NCBI RefSeq assembly: GCF_009834535.1 | Contig: NC_045718.1 | Coordinates: forward strand, 18,042,001-18,106,000 | Direction of reading: 5' to 3' | Length of the DNA stretch: 64,000 nt | Origin: Camelus ferus | Lineage: Eukaryota | Shown: piece by piece, positions 38,111-50,843 of the stretch | Numbering within the stretch: the stretch's first letter is position 1 | Layout: each line of letters opens with the position of its first letter | Made by a program: the position numbers and the translations under genes | The notes under the pieces: generated by a model | What the model was told of the DNA's origin: nothing | Seen by the model: only the letters and a program-made list of their open reading frames with translations | Databases searched by the model: none

Positions 38111-41100
38111 CTCAGTCTCTCCATGCGGGCCCGCTGAAGGTGGTGGGCTTTGCACGGGGAGCTGCAGAGGGCCCTGGCCCAGGCTCTGTGCTCCTGCGCG
38201 GGGTGACCTTGAGCAAGCCGCCTGGCCTCTTTGGGCTGCGACTGCTGATCTATGATTCGGGGGGAATTATGTCCCCCCTTGGCATGAACAGCAGCACAGC
38301 CGCTCAAACCGTTGTCCTTACTAATAACATAATCCCTCCTGGAGGCTGAAGAGCACTGAAACTCAGGATCCTTGGCTGAAAAAAACCGAACTTAGTCTCC
38401 TAAGGAAGAAGGTGAAACCTGGGCAAGAAAGGAGGCAGAAAAGCAAGTGGGACAAGCAGATATTCCAAATACCACATGGGACTTTCTCAGACAGGACTCC
38501 TGTGCCGGAAACACCAGGGCGGTGGGAGTGGGGCCCTTTCTAGTTCTGTTGTTTGGAAGGAACTACAGAGAAGCGGAGATGCTAATGCTACGTTGTCTCC
38601 ATGACAACCATGGATTTATTCAGTTAGGGAAAGCAGGTGGCGTAGGAAATAGGGGATGAGAGGATTTGGGAAACAGGGCCTAAGCTATAACTAAAACAGA
38701 TCTCTCACCTGGACACCAGATGCCTGGGATTAGCCAGGTCCCACCAGACTCCCTGTAGGGCCAACATCAATGCACCTACCCCGGAGGGGAACAGTGATGA
38801 TGGCCAGAGGAACGATGCAGTGATGCCCCTTCACCTGCCCATTCCCATTCGTTCATTCATGCTTCCATTTGTCCAGATGTTCCCAGTGGGGCCCCTGGAT
38901 GCACAGAGCCCAGGGGTCACCTCACATGCAGCTTGATTTATCTAGGAGCTGGCCATCTACCTAACACACTCTGGTTTCTGGGCCCCACGCCCTCAACTTC
39001 TGGCCCCCCTCCCTTCCAGTCACCAGGAGAGTAAGACAAGAGGGTGTGGAGCTGCTGTTAATCCCAAATTCTCTCTGAAGCATCACTGGCCCATAAACTT
39101 GGGAAGGAGAGGTTGGGGGGTGTGGAATCATCAAGCCATGAAGAGGCCGAGCAGAGAGCTGGGGTGGGAACACCTTTGCTGTTGTCTAGGGAGGAGGTGG
39201 GGCTCACTTCAGTGCTCTTTGAGACGAGGACTCAGGGAATCCTCCAGGGGCCTTTAGGGCACAACTGCTCCTCAAACTTCCTTTGGCAGAGTTCCTGGTG
39301 TCGCCCCCCCAGCCAAGCTCCGGCTTCTGACCATACTTCCACCTGTGATGCTGGCACTCAGAATTATGGATGCGAGCTGGTAGGGTCTCAGGGGCTCCTC
39401 GTGGGCTCGTTTTCCATCCTTGATGCCTTCCCTGGACTCTGAGTCTGGGATTACGAAGGAACCCCAGATTGGAGTCCCCATCAAGGTAGTCTTGATGTAG
39501 GGAGAGAAATCCTACCACTTGCCGAAAGATGGACTTGGATCTGGGCAAGTCCAACTGCTCAGGCCCTCTGCGGTATACCCCCGTGCACATAAGAATGAAC
39601 GGAGCTGGCTCAGCCTACCCACAGGCGCTGGCTCTGGGGCGGGCCTCCACCTCTCTGCATTCGCTGCTGTACAATTCTGATCAGGCAAGAAGCTACTAGA
39701 TCTTCGTGCTGTGAAACAAAATTCTAGTCTCTGGTGGGCCCAGGGAGGCAATCCTTCTCCACCATCTACGTCTCCACCATCCCTCCTTCCTAACCACCTG
39801 AGATGTCCTCCCTGACACATTGGATCTGCAAATCCGCTCTCTGATTTTTCGTAGTATGCTAAGTGACTAGCTCCCCTGGGAAGGACAGAACAGTTGCTTG
39901 TCACTCACAGCTTTCTAGGGGAAGTTAGTAGGTGAGTGGATGAATGTGTGTGCATGTATGTGTGTGCGTAAAAGACAGAGACAAAGATGGAGAATAAGAG
40001 TATATGTTAAATCTCCGCCTACAGAAAAAAAAAGTCTCCTACACTTATATTACAAATAATTAATCTCCTTTCTGTATAGAGCTCACTTATTCATTCATGC
40101 CATTCATTCATTTAACCTTGGCAAGGAGGTATGAGGTAGGGGGGCTCCCATGCTCTGCTGAATCCCGCGCCCCTGTGCTGCTTTGGGAACCTGTGCAGAC
40201 TGGCCAATTGGATAAAGACCATTCCACTGAAGCAGCAACGCCTACAGATCCACAGTGTCTGCCCCTCGGGGACTGGCCTGGCCTTGGGCAGCTACCTTCG
40301 TGAAGAATTGCTTCATAACTGGGTAGACCCGCCTGTGGTGGAAATACACATGGTGCTTCTAATTGGTTCATTTGTTAATTCAGTCATTCACTCATTCATT
40401 AGTCTCTCCGGGTATGAATCCTTCCTTCCTTCATCTATTCATTCATTCGACAGGCCAGGTATTGAGTCTTGCGCTGTGGTGTGACAGATCCGAGTGCGTC
40501 CTGGCTTTCCAGTGCCCTCCAGAAGCATCCCCTCAGGTGGGGAAGCTAGAAAGTGAAAGATTCCCACAAGAGGTTCCCCCTGGAAGTGATCACTTTGGGC
40601 TGACGGGGCCAGGAAGGTGTCATCATGTTAGCAGGCCTCGAAAACTTGGTGCCGTTTTGATAGGGCAGGAATGGAGGAAGGACCTTCTGTGAGGAGAGAA
40701 AAGCAGGAGCAGAGAACAAACCCGAGAAGGTCCAGGGAGAAGTCCAGGAGCGGGCGGGCATCAGCGTGGCACCGCTGGTCAGAAAAGTGATTCGAGGGAT
40801 GGTCCCGGGAGGCCAGGGTGGTGGAAACAAAATAGAATGGAGGGAAAGGAGAAGCTTTGCTTTTCTCCTCTAACAATACATCCCATGTCTGTCCCTGCCA
40901 TCGTGTTCCTCTGCCTCCCTCCGCCTGCCCCAGCCAGAGACCCGCGTCCTCACGGCGGGACAGGGGCTGATGGCCTCATCCGTCTCCTCCCTCTCCTTGC
41001 CACCCTAGGTGTGTTCTGCACACCCTCATTTTTTCTTCTCTTCTAAAAGGTGTAGAGGTTGAGGGCCCTAGAATCGAGCTGCCCGGGTCCAGATCCCAGC

Positions 41101-44100
41101 CCCTTTGCTTATTAGCCCTGTGGTCTTTCGGCACATTCCCCAGCTCTGAGCCTCCTCTGCTGATTTACAAAATGGTGCTAATACTGGCACACACTTATAC
41201 AAGACTTGCTATCTGCATATGAGGAAGAAACCAAGGCACAGGGAGTCTTGGTGAATTTGTTTACAGTCATACAGCCAGTACGTGGTAGAGCTGGGGTTCG
41301 AACCCACGCAGGACGCCTGCAGAACTCACATCACATTTTCAACTTCCATGATAAATTGCCTCTTAGGCATAAAAGACAGCATGGGTTAGAAAACACTTAG
41401 CCCAGTGTACTGGCTATAGCTGTTAGTTATTATCAATAAATTAAGGACCTGCTATATATTCCGTGTATTTTTGAACATAAAGTTCAAAAAAAGAACAGAC
41501 ATGGCCCTGATGCTGAAGTATTCATAAGGTTATCAGGAAGATAGGCAAACCCCCAAATGAAATATTAATGCCATGACTGAGATGTGGTAAAGGTACAAGA
41601 GCAAAGAGGAAGGGTAAATCAGGGAAGGCTTCCCAGAGGCAGTGTTTTGTAATGATGGCTTCAGCTAACACCAGCAACAACAGCAACAACAACAAAACAA
41701 TACAATCCCCCATCAAAAAAAAAAAAAAATTGAAAACAAGGAAAAACTGCATCTTGGATGAAGTGTATAATCCAAACACTCCAGCCTGATGTTTCAGCCT
41801 TTTAATTTCTGCTCACATTCCCACTCTAGACTCTTCTGCCAGCGTGAACCCAGCCCCCCGCAGGCTGGCCTCCTCTCCTCCTCTGAGTGGTCCTCCTCCT
41901 TAACTTGCTTTGCGTGCACATTCCTGCTAATCAGGACATCCTCCCCTCTCCCGCACGTGCAAATCCCTGCTCCACGCTGCCTTCCTCCCTCACCCTCTGT
42001 GACCCCTCTCTCTGAGCCTAGAATCTGACTCCCTGCCCAATTGGCAGGACTTTAACATAATTTTTAAACTCTTCTTAGGGCTCTATCTTTTTTAGGTTAT
42101 TCACAGGGCTCTGCTTTTTATTTCTTCATATGAGATATCCCTGTATGTTCCAACTCCAGTTTCTTACATAAAATAGGTCTATAAATACCTGCTGAGAAGC
42201 TAATCACACTTACTCAGTGATCCAGGTTTTATTTTAAGCTCCTTAAGTAAATGTACTAAGAACTATGCAAAGACTCTCTAGGTGTGGCTGAGGCCCCTGG
42301 CATTCTGCTGGGATCCATTAGGTCATGTGAAGGCTTTTTAAAATTTTTTTTAAGATTTAATGTTTATAACCCGGCAGAGGTGCATGGTGTCATGGAAAGG
42401 ACACGACTGTTACTCAGAAGAACCTGGCTCAGCCACACCATGTACTTAGCTGTGTTGGGTAAGCCACTTAACCTCTCTGAGCTCCAGTTTCCACATCTGT
42501 CAATATTATTGGATGTCAAAAGGAAAGCATCACCAAGGCACCGAGATACAATGAACGCTGCTTGCTAAAGTCTGGTGGCCGACTGTCCTGCAAGTTGACA
42601 GAGGAGATGCTTAAGACCCCAGTTTATGATTCTTCCACTCTTTACTCTGGGTCCCCTGACCCTGATCAATGCAATGGAAAGGTCAGAAGACTGACAAAAG
42701 GATTTTGTGAGATGTTCGGAGGAGGGCCTTGGAATGCTATGACCCAACCACCCTTCAATAGGAAGGGCAGCTTGGGCTGCATGCTCTGGACCGTAGGGGA
42801 TGGAGTGGATGGGGAAAGCCGGAAGGCAGGAAATTCAGAGGGTAGAGTGGCTCCTAGGAGACAGAGTGGAGGCAGGACCTTGGGAGGTCACTGAGCTCCC
42901 TGGAGATGGTGGCAGGCCGAGGATATGCAAAAGCTTCCTTGCACCAGATCTGGATGAGGGCACCTCAGGAGGGATGGCCGGCCTGGCAGCATTTTACCAG
43001 CTGTCCAAGAGGACTCCTGGAGGTGGGGCTAAGAAGCTAGTGTGAGCATCTTCGTGCAGAGGGAATTGTTGGAAAGTCGGGGCCGAGGGGAGAGGGCTGG
43101 GACGAGGAAGCACCGCCCACGTGATGGGAGCTACAGCCAGAGAAGCTCAGCAGAGGGGTGCCCGGGGGCCCCTGTGAAGGACTCAGCTCCAAAAGAGTCA
43201 GAAACTTCAGCCCTGCCCATAGAGCACGAAGCTATCTTGTGACAATTCCAGTTCAAGTGAGAAGGACCCCCCCCAACATTTACCTTCTTTTTCCTCTGAA
43301 ACAGACAGTAGCAACAGCTGGAGTCAGGGAAGTTGAGTGAGAGAAAGAGAAGAAACATGCCTCCCCACCTCCCATCCCTGCAAGCGGGGAGCATACTGCA
43401 GGCCCAGGCTGGTCGGGGGGAGGATGGGACAAAGATCTGGGCATCAGTTAAGTCCAGAGTTGTACTTCTGGAGATGGGCGTTATAATTCTGAATTGAGAT
43501 TGTATTTAAGACTTAAAGGACTTTTTATTATCCAAGAGTGAGCCAATGAGCTATGCTGCCTGCCTCAGTCCTAGGCAGAAGGGATAGTGGGAGACAAAAT
43601 AAAGCTGCGTTTTGGTTCTACCTCCCACATGCTGGTTGGGCGTGAGGATGCTGACAACTGCCCTTCCTAACTCTCAGGCTGTCATGAGGCTGCAGCAGTG
43701 CATCATTCAGGGTCAAGTTTACCGCACAAGGGCAGGGGAATTATTGGTCTTATTTCTGGGGGTCAATTGATAACTTACTGATAACATCATTTTTTTTCTT
43801 AAGAGAAAAGAGAACTCTGTAAGTCAACTCGCGATGATTCAGCAAACCATTTTGCCTGAAATGCTGGGGTCCTTCCAGAGAGTGAAGAGGTGTGTGGTCT
43901 TTTTTAACTCAAGTGGCTCACAGGTCAAAAGAATTCGTGAACAGCCACCATGGGAAGCCTCTCAACTCATTTGCCTCTGCCCTCCTGGAGATGCAAGACT
44001 AATAAACAAGGCATCCAAAACTAGTCCCAAGAAGACAGGGATGTGGTGAGGAGCTGGCTCCTGGTTAGAAGCCCTCTGGGGGCTCCACTTTCCCCCACGC

Positions 44101-44494
44101 TGGCGCCCGGCCCTGCCCTGCCTGTCTGTGCACATTGGAGCTCTGCAGCCTCCCCTTGCCTGGAAGGTGGTGGCCGGGACTGTTCAAATCTTTACCTCCC
44201 TCACTGCTTTCCACAGGCCTCTTTCATTGGCAGCCTCAAATGTAACCAATATCACAGAGCCTCTGGGGATAAAGTGGGGGGAAGGGGATATGGGGAGATG
44301 GAAGAGAGACAAAAGATTCTTTTCCTTTTTTTTTTTTTTAAACAGGTGCTTAGGAAATTAATTAGAACAAATAATCACCGAGTTGTCTGAGTCTCTATTT
44401 TATTTGGTGCATGCCGGGTCTGGTGGAAAAAAAGGGGAATTTTAAATAATTTTGGAGTTATAACTGATGTAATTAGGTGCTCAGTGAACACTTA

Positions 44495-44634
44495 NNNNNN
44501 NNNNNNNNNNNNNNNNNNNNNNNNNNNNNNNNNNNNNNNNNNNNNNNNNNNNNNNNNNNNNNNNNNNNNNNNNNNNNNNNNNNNNNNNNNNNNNNNNNNN
44601 NNNNNNNNNNNNNNNNNNNNNNNNNNNNNNNNNN
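44495..44634. other. Assembly gap (140 N)
   Basis: Run of N. Confidence 0.99.
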
Positions 44635-45989
44635 ATTCGCACCACGGGTGATGCATTATTATTTCAGGGCACGCGGGGACGGAGCATCAATACTGCTATT
44701 TAGTGACTGCCTGAATGCTTTATTTTGGAGTATGAGCATGTGCTGAGGGGGCACTGGTGGAGATGGAGGTGGAGGGGTTCAGGCAGGGGCCCGGGGTTGG
44801 AGGTATGAGGAAGAAAAGGCAGTAGATACTTTACTCGCTGCTGCAGGCTAGATACATCTCACGCATGTTCTGCAGGGGAGCGACCACATCGCATCATAGA
44901 CTCAGCTGAAGGCCGTTTTTCGGGATTCTCTGCTGTCAGGGGGCCCTGCCCCTCATCTAAACCAAACACGTACCCCGAGGGGTGCAGTTTTAGACCCTGC
45001 CAAGCCACCATGTATCAGAAATCTAACGGATGGTTTACTAAGTGATAAATAAAGGCTGATCTGGTGAAGGGCTGGGGCCACTTCTTAATTCTCCTGTCCA
45101 GCACTTTGTGTCACCCTGGAGAGAGATCATGAGATGGCCTGAGATTCCCCAGAACTTTCTAATCCTTGGGGACGTCCTGCAGGTAACCAGGGCCAGAGCG
45201 GGAGGCAGGCTGAGCGGACGGGGTCATGTCCCCCGAGACGCCTGGCTGAGCCAGTGTTTCGGGGGAGGGGCGGGCGCCCCGACTCCTGGCTCTGAGCGCA
45301 GAACGTTGGCTGCTCTGCTCTTGCAGCTGTTGCGACAACGATGGTGACTTTTGGCCCCACTGGGGCCGAGTCCTTGGATAGATGTCACAGGGGTGGCGGA
45401 AAGCAAAGGAAATGGAAGCAGGCTCTCCTGGTAACTTAGAGCTTGCTAAGTAGCTGGAAGGACATGGCAAAGGTATGGAAAAAAGATTCAGGACACTTCA
45501 AAGGCTGATGGTGAGAAATGAAAATTAAGCTGCAGCCAGCTGAGGGCACGCGGAGCGAAGTGGCGATCAGAGTGCGATGAGTACTGAGTGGGGGAAGGCC
45601 CTCTGAAGGGGCCTGGGGGGTCAGCTTCACCCGCTGAGGCACAGGGAAGGGGAGGCAGCGTTCTTTGTGACCCTCCTCAAGCATTCTTTTGGGCGCTACT
45701 GGAGGCCTTGAGACAACAGGACTGAATGCTCTGAGGCTTCCTTTCCCAGCCACCTCTAGTCAATATCACCCTTTTGTGCAATGTGGAAAAGGCACCCCCT
45801 CGAGGTGCATGGCTTGGTAGGATGAGTGAAGACTCTGTTTCAGTCCCTGCTTGTCCCTCAGCCAGGTGCCCTTGTGCAGTACGCAACCTGAACCATCATA
45901 CCTGGCGTCCCTGATGCCTAAACTCTCTACAGAAATAGGGAAATGTGTAGTGTGGGTGGACCGGAGTTTTACCCAGATAACTCAGAGAC

Positions 45990-46170
45990 AGAATATTTTT
46001 AGGTGCTAAACATCGTGCCTCTTATAAGCCCTTTGTGGGGTACAGAGAAGGTGGGAGTCAAGTGTGGGTTCAGGAGCACAGAAGGCTCCCTGGAGGAGGT
46101 GGGACTGGAGGAGGGACAGGGTGAAGCATCCTGGGCAGGAGAACATTATAAGCCGAAGCAGAGAGACTGA
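45990..46170 (-). mobile_element. L2 fragment (antisense)
   Basis: aggctccctggaggaggtgg..ctgga..catcctgggcaggagaac..agccgaagcagagag. Confidence 0.5.
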
Positions 46171-47653
46171 GCTTTGGGGTGTGCTCTGGGGACAGCAAAG
46201 GACACAATGTCCCCATTTAGGTTTCTTTTCTTATTGATTCCTTGGGAGTAGACATTTTACATAAGAATGAAAAAAAAAGTGAAACAATTCTAGGCCTCTC
46301 TCAAAGAACAGTCTACTGGAAGAATTTTTCTATCAATCGTCAACGCTGGGAGGAAGGGAGATTTCCATCACCGGGGAGCTCCAAGCAGGAGCTCAAGGCC
46401 CAAGCTGCAGACCCCTCTCCAGCTCCAAGCTTGTCTTAGTGGGAGAGAGGCTGGCAGGCGGGGGTTGGGGGCGAGCAGGGAGGCTGAGAACAAGGCCTCT
46501 GCCTCCCCGAGCTTTGGAAACAAACGGTTAGGCCTCAATTTAAGATTGTGTGTGTTCCTGAAGAAAGAATACAGTGAGTGACAGCCCCTTGACACACTCA
46601 TTTCCACCCACTCTACAAACGCAGAATCTTCTGCAAACACACACTTGTAAACGCAAGCACACATTCATATCACCCGCTCACACTCCACACCGACGCACCG
46701 ACAGCACACACACTTCACCCACACTCCCATTATATGCTCACACACACCCATAACACACAGGCGTCCCCCCGCCACTCATCGCCCCCTCCCACCCCCACCT
46801 GCACGCAAGGGCGGGAAGAAAAGTGCCATCAGAAGTTCTCTCTCTCTGGTTCGTAGTGAAGCAGGATTAGGGCTGCCCGAGATTAAACAGAGGAGTTAAA
46901 AATGACAAACAGACTTCTAAACAGGATGTGAGTCTTAATGAAAATCATAATGAATGGAAGAGGCACACAGCTATCACCCATAAATGGCCATAAATATCAG
47001 ACCAACAGATGAGATCTTAGATACTGCAGTTCGGAACCCCATCAAATTACTTCTATTATAATTCATCAATAAATAACCAAGTCCAGACTCACATTTAAGG
47101 TCTTTTGATGCTTTGGAGAACAGGCTCTGAGGCCAGACAGACCTGGGCTTGGATTCCAGTTTTGCCCCTGTCAAGCCTGGGTACGTGACTCTGATTGTTT
47201 GAGTCTCAGTTTCTTCATCTATAAAATGTGAGTAATTATCCCCTTAATGGGGATGTGGCACAGATTAAATTAAGTCCTGGACGGCTATAATCATTTATAA
47301 TAATACAAATAATTGATTATTATGGTTAGAAGTAATTTTCACTGTTGTCTCTCGTTCCCTCCCCCTTCAGCTCCCTGGGGGTCAAGGAAAGCCCATTGGC
47401 TGGTGGGGTGGGTGCGGAGAGAAGGAAAAAAGGAGACGGGAAACAGGAGGAACAGGCAAGAGCAGGGGACCAAGGTGGGAGAAGAGCAGGGAGAAGGAGG
47501 GAAAGGAAGGAGAAACTGAGAAGGACAGCAGACCCCGTGGATGATCCCCTGAGCATCACCTGTGAAGGGGCGCCCATGCCTTCTCGGGTGTTGGTGACCA
47601 GGAGAAGGAGAGGTCATGGAGGAGCCAACGATTATGGCCAAGACTTCCTAAGA

Positions 47654-48023
47654 TTTTCCTTTAAGTAGCAGCTTTATCAAGATATAATTCACCTACCATA
47701 AAATTCACCCACTTAAAGTGTACAACAGCTTTCAGTACACTCACAGAATTGTGTTGCCATGACCACAGTCAATTTTAGGACATTTTCCTCAACCCTCAGA
47801 GAAACCCCACACCCATTAGCAGTCACCGTCCATTCTGCCTGCCCCTGAACCTCTCCAGCCCTGGGCAACAACCCATTGACCCTCTGTCTCCATGGATTTA
47901 GCTACCCTGGACACGTCATATAAATGGAAGCAAACAATATGTGGTCTTTTGTGGCTGGTTTTTTTCACTCAGTATCAACGTTTCCAAGGTGCATCCATGT
48001 TGTAGCATGTATTAGTAACTTCC
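47654..48023 (-). mobile_element. L1MB-like 3' end
   Basis: cagctttatcaagatataattcac..aaattcacccacttaaagtgtaca ... cattagcagtcac ... catataaatgga..caatatgtggtcttttgtggctgg ... catccatgttgtagcatgta. Confidence 0.85.
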
Positions 48024-50613
48024 AAAATTTCTTAACTCAAAGCTAAGAAGGTGGAGAAGCAGAACTTCATATCCACACACACATATAAGCAAGTGTCATA
48101 AATGAAAATGTTCAAGTGTTCGCCCCAAGAAATCTCACTGAATCAAGGTTCGTCACTAAGTTATGGGCTTAGAGTTCAGGCAGTTGCAGTCTTATTTTAC
48201 CACTGGGGAGAACAAAATGTGGTGAAAAGATACATTTTTTTGAGTGTGTGTTTTTTGCACCCGCCATACACCTCTTACAAAGAAAGGAAAACAGAATAGG
48301 CTCCAAATGTAAGAGTCTCTTGTCTGTGGTTTTACGATTTAGATTTAATGTTAAGAGACAAATGAGAGTCTCTTGGTATTCTGTCCATATGTCTCTCTCT
48401 TACGTCTTGAAAGTGACAATTCCCAACTCTATTTTTACAATGTAAAAGAATGACTCTCCTCTAATGGTTATCTGTCATTGTTTATGTTTAAAGTAATTTC
48501 ATATGTTAAGACTGTAGCCTTAGGATGTGGGAAAGCGACGCCTCTGGGCCAAAGGCGTCCCTGAAGTAGGAGGGGCTTATCATCTGGATTGCAAAGGACG
48601 TGGCTATTCATTGGATGCATGAAACGTCAATCACTTTTGTTCTATAACTGAAGTGAGGGGTGTCACTGAGGGGAGTATCCTGAGAGATACAGGGTATCTG
48701 TTCTGTCCAGTTGACCCCAGAGACAGGAAATATTTAGACACTAAATAGTGTGTCCAGCTTCACTCTCTGTGCTGATGCCTACCATCATTACGCGATGGCC
48801 ACTAGATGTTACTCTAGGGCCACAGGTAAAGAAATTGAACTTCATGCAAAATAGAAACAGATATACCACAGACTAATATTTATGCTTCAGGCAAGCCCAA
48901 CTAAAGAGGGATATGTGAGGCTTTCTTTCTTCCCTATGCTTTCTGAAATTGATTGAGCTTGAATTACAGGGAGAAGAAATTGTCCACATCCAGGCCAAGA
49001 TACAGGATGCCGTGTCCTTAGATGACAGTTGTGGTGGCCGTGGTAGCTGTCACAGCCAGAAAAGCAGGGAAGAACTCAGATATCGTTATCTGAGTGACTG
49101 TGAAGTTCAGGTAGGATTACTGGTCATGTCCTTTCTGGGCTATTCAGTGACCAGTATCTCTGGCGATCTCAATGGATAGTGAGAGTTGCAGAACCAAATT
49201 CATTTTTAGAATTACATTCATTTGAAAATGGAACCATAAGTATACCAAATGTTGTATAGGGCCCTATTTCACAAAATACAGTGATCCAATGTTACCACTC
49301 TAAAAAGGTCAAGCATTGTTTATTAATAATGCCTAGAGAATCTCATTAAATCTGGGAGCATGAGGACAGTACAAACTAATACCATACATGTGAAGGGATT
49401 TGCACAAAGTAAGGACTGCCCCGGGGCCAGATTCACAGTTCAGGTCTCCTGTGGTTGCTCCGCAGAAGCCTCTGGGCTCCTTGGAGGGCTGCTGTCCAGG
49501 GCGCAGTCTCTTCATTGCATCTAGCATAGAGGAGGCACTGGTCACATTTACTCAGCCCTAGAGTTCCTTCCAGTATCAGAATCCTTAGTGCACCCTTGGC
49601 AAACAAATAGGTGATCCCAGGCAAGGGAAATAGGATTCTGGAAAAAGTGAGGGGACTAGAATATTCTCCGTTAATTTGGACATGCTCCAATTTGCACTAT
49701 GAGCATACATTTGGATGTTGGATTCCAGAGGCCCCAACTGTAAGAATATTAGGTAAAATAAAATTAATTATTGTAATCCCCTGTGATCACATTCAAACCC
49801 AATATTCTCAGCCTGGCACACAGAATAGTTTTACCTGCTTGCTTCTCTTTGTGTTTTCCTATAAAATTATTTTCTCAAACGCTGATTGAATTCTGGTTGT
49901 ATGACCAGCACTGGAAGGGAACTGGGTACCTCTGACCTGCATGAGGTCCCTTGGAGCTTAGAGCCTAATACAGGAGGCACCAAATAGATAGTCCCCAGAT
50001 ACGTGGTTTTTAGCTGAAAGTTAGAGAAGTTCAGAAATTCATTCTGAGCTGGGTGAATTGGAACAGTCTTGAGTTCTGTTGGGGGCATGAAGATCAAGGT
50101 GGCAGTAAGCAGATACTCTTGTCTTTCTACAGGTGCAAAATACCTGCATGGTTCTTTAGTCTACACTCTGCTTCCCCTCCTCCTAGGGAGGTTGTTCATG
50201 AATGAGACAGCTCCTTGAGATGAGATGGCTGGAGACCAAACCCTTCAGGCCTCTGAGACTTAGGAAAGGCCTATGACTATGGGTAATCGCTGGGTGGGCC
50301 TGAGATGGGGCGTGTGGCCAGGCCACCACAGCCAGCAAGATGCCAGCTTAGCCTGACTCCCTACAGAAATCTGCAAGGCCTGGGCAAGCAATCTTGACAC
50401 CAAGTGATGGTTTGGGTCCTTCTGGCTTCTCCGTGAGCTGAGGTTTTTCTTGTGGTTCTGGGGATGGGATCAGTCATAGAATATATGATATGGACTGCCT
50501 CTCCTTGGAGAAGTCAGACAGACTCCCTGCGTACCAATTCTAGTGGTTAGAGAGCTGATGACTGCCCAGCACCGCCAGGGCTTACCCAGGACAATTCAAG
50601 ATCTTTTTAAAAA

Positions 50614-50843
50614 GCTACTGCTTATTGACTGCTTGCTGTGTGCCGGACACTGTGTTCAGTGCTGTACATACATCCCCTTGTTTAACCCCTGCAATACCTG
50701 ACAAAGTAAAGTTGATCATTATAGACCATTTATCTAAGAGGAAACTGAAGATTTCATAAGATTAGATAATTTGGTGGCAGTCAATATCGTAAGAGGCAGA
50801 GCCAGAATTTCGGATGTGCTTAACGTGGAGTCTGCCCTTTCCC
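50614..50843 (-). mobile_element. MIR SINE
   Basis: ttattgactgcttgctgtgtgccggacactgtg..tttaacccctgcaat..agaggaaactgaag..ggcagagccagaattt. Confidence 0.7.

Noticed and set aside
41060-41335. Oppositely oriented MIR fragments that might form dsRNA (also around 56140-56860)
   Set aside because: MIR copies are too diverged for stable pairing, and such neighbours are common in MIR-dense introns.
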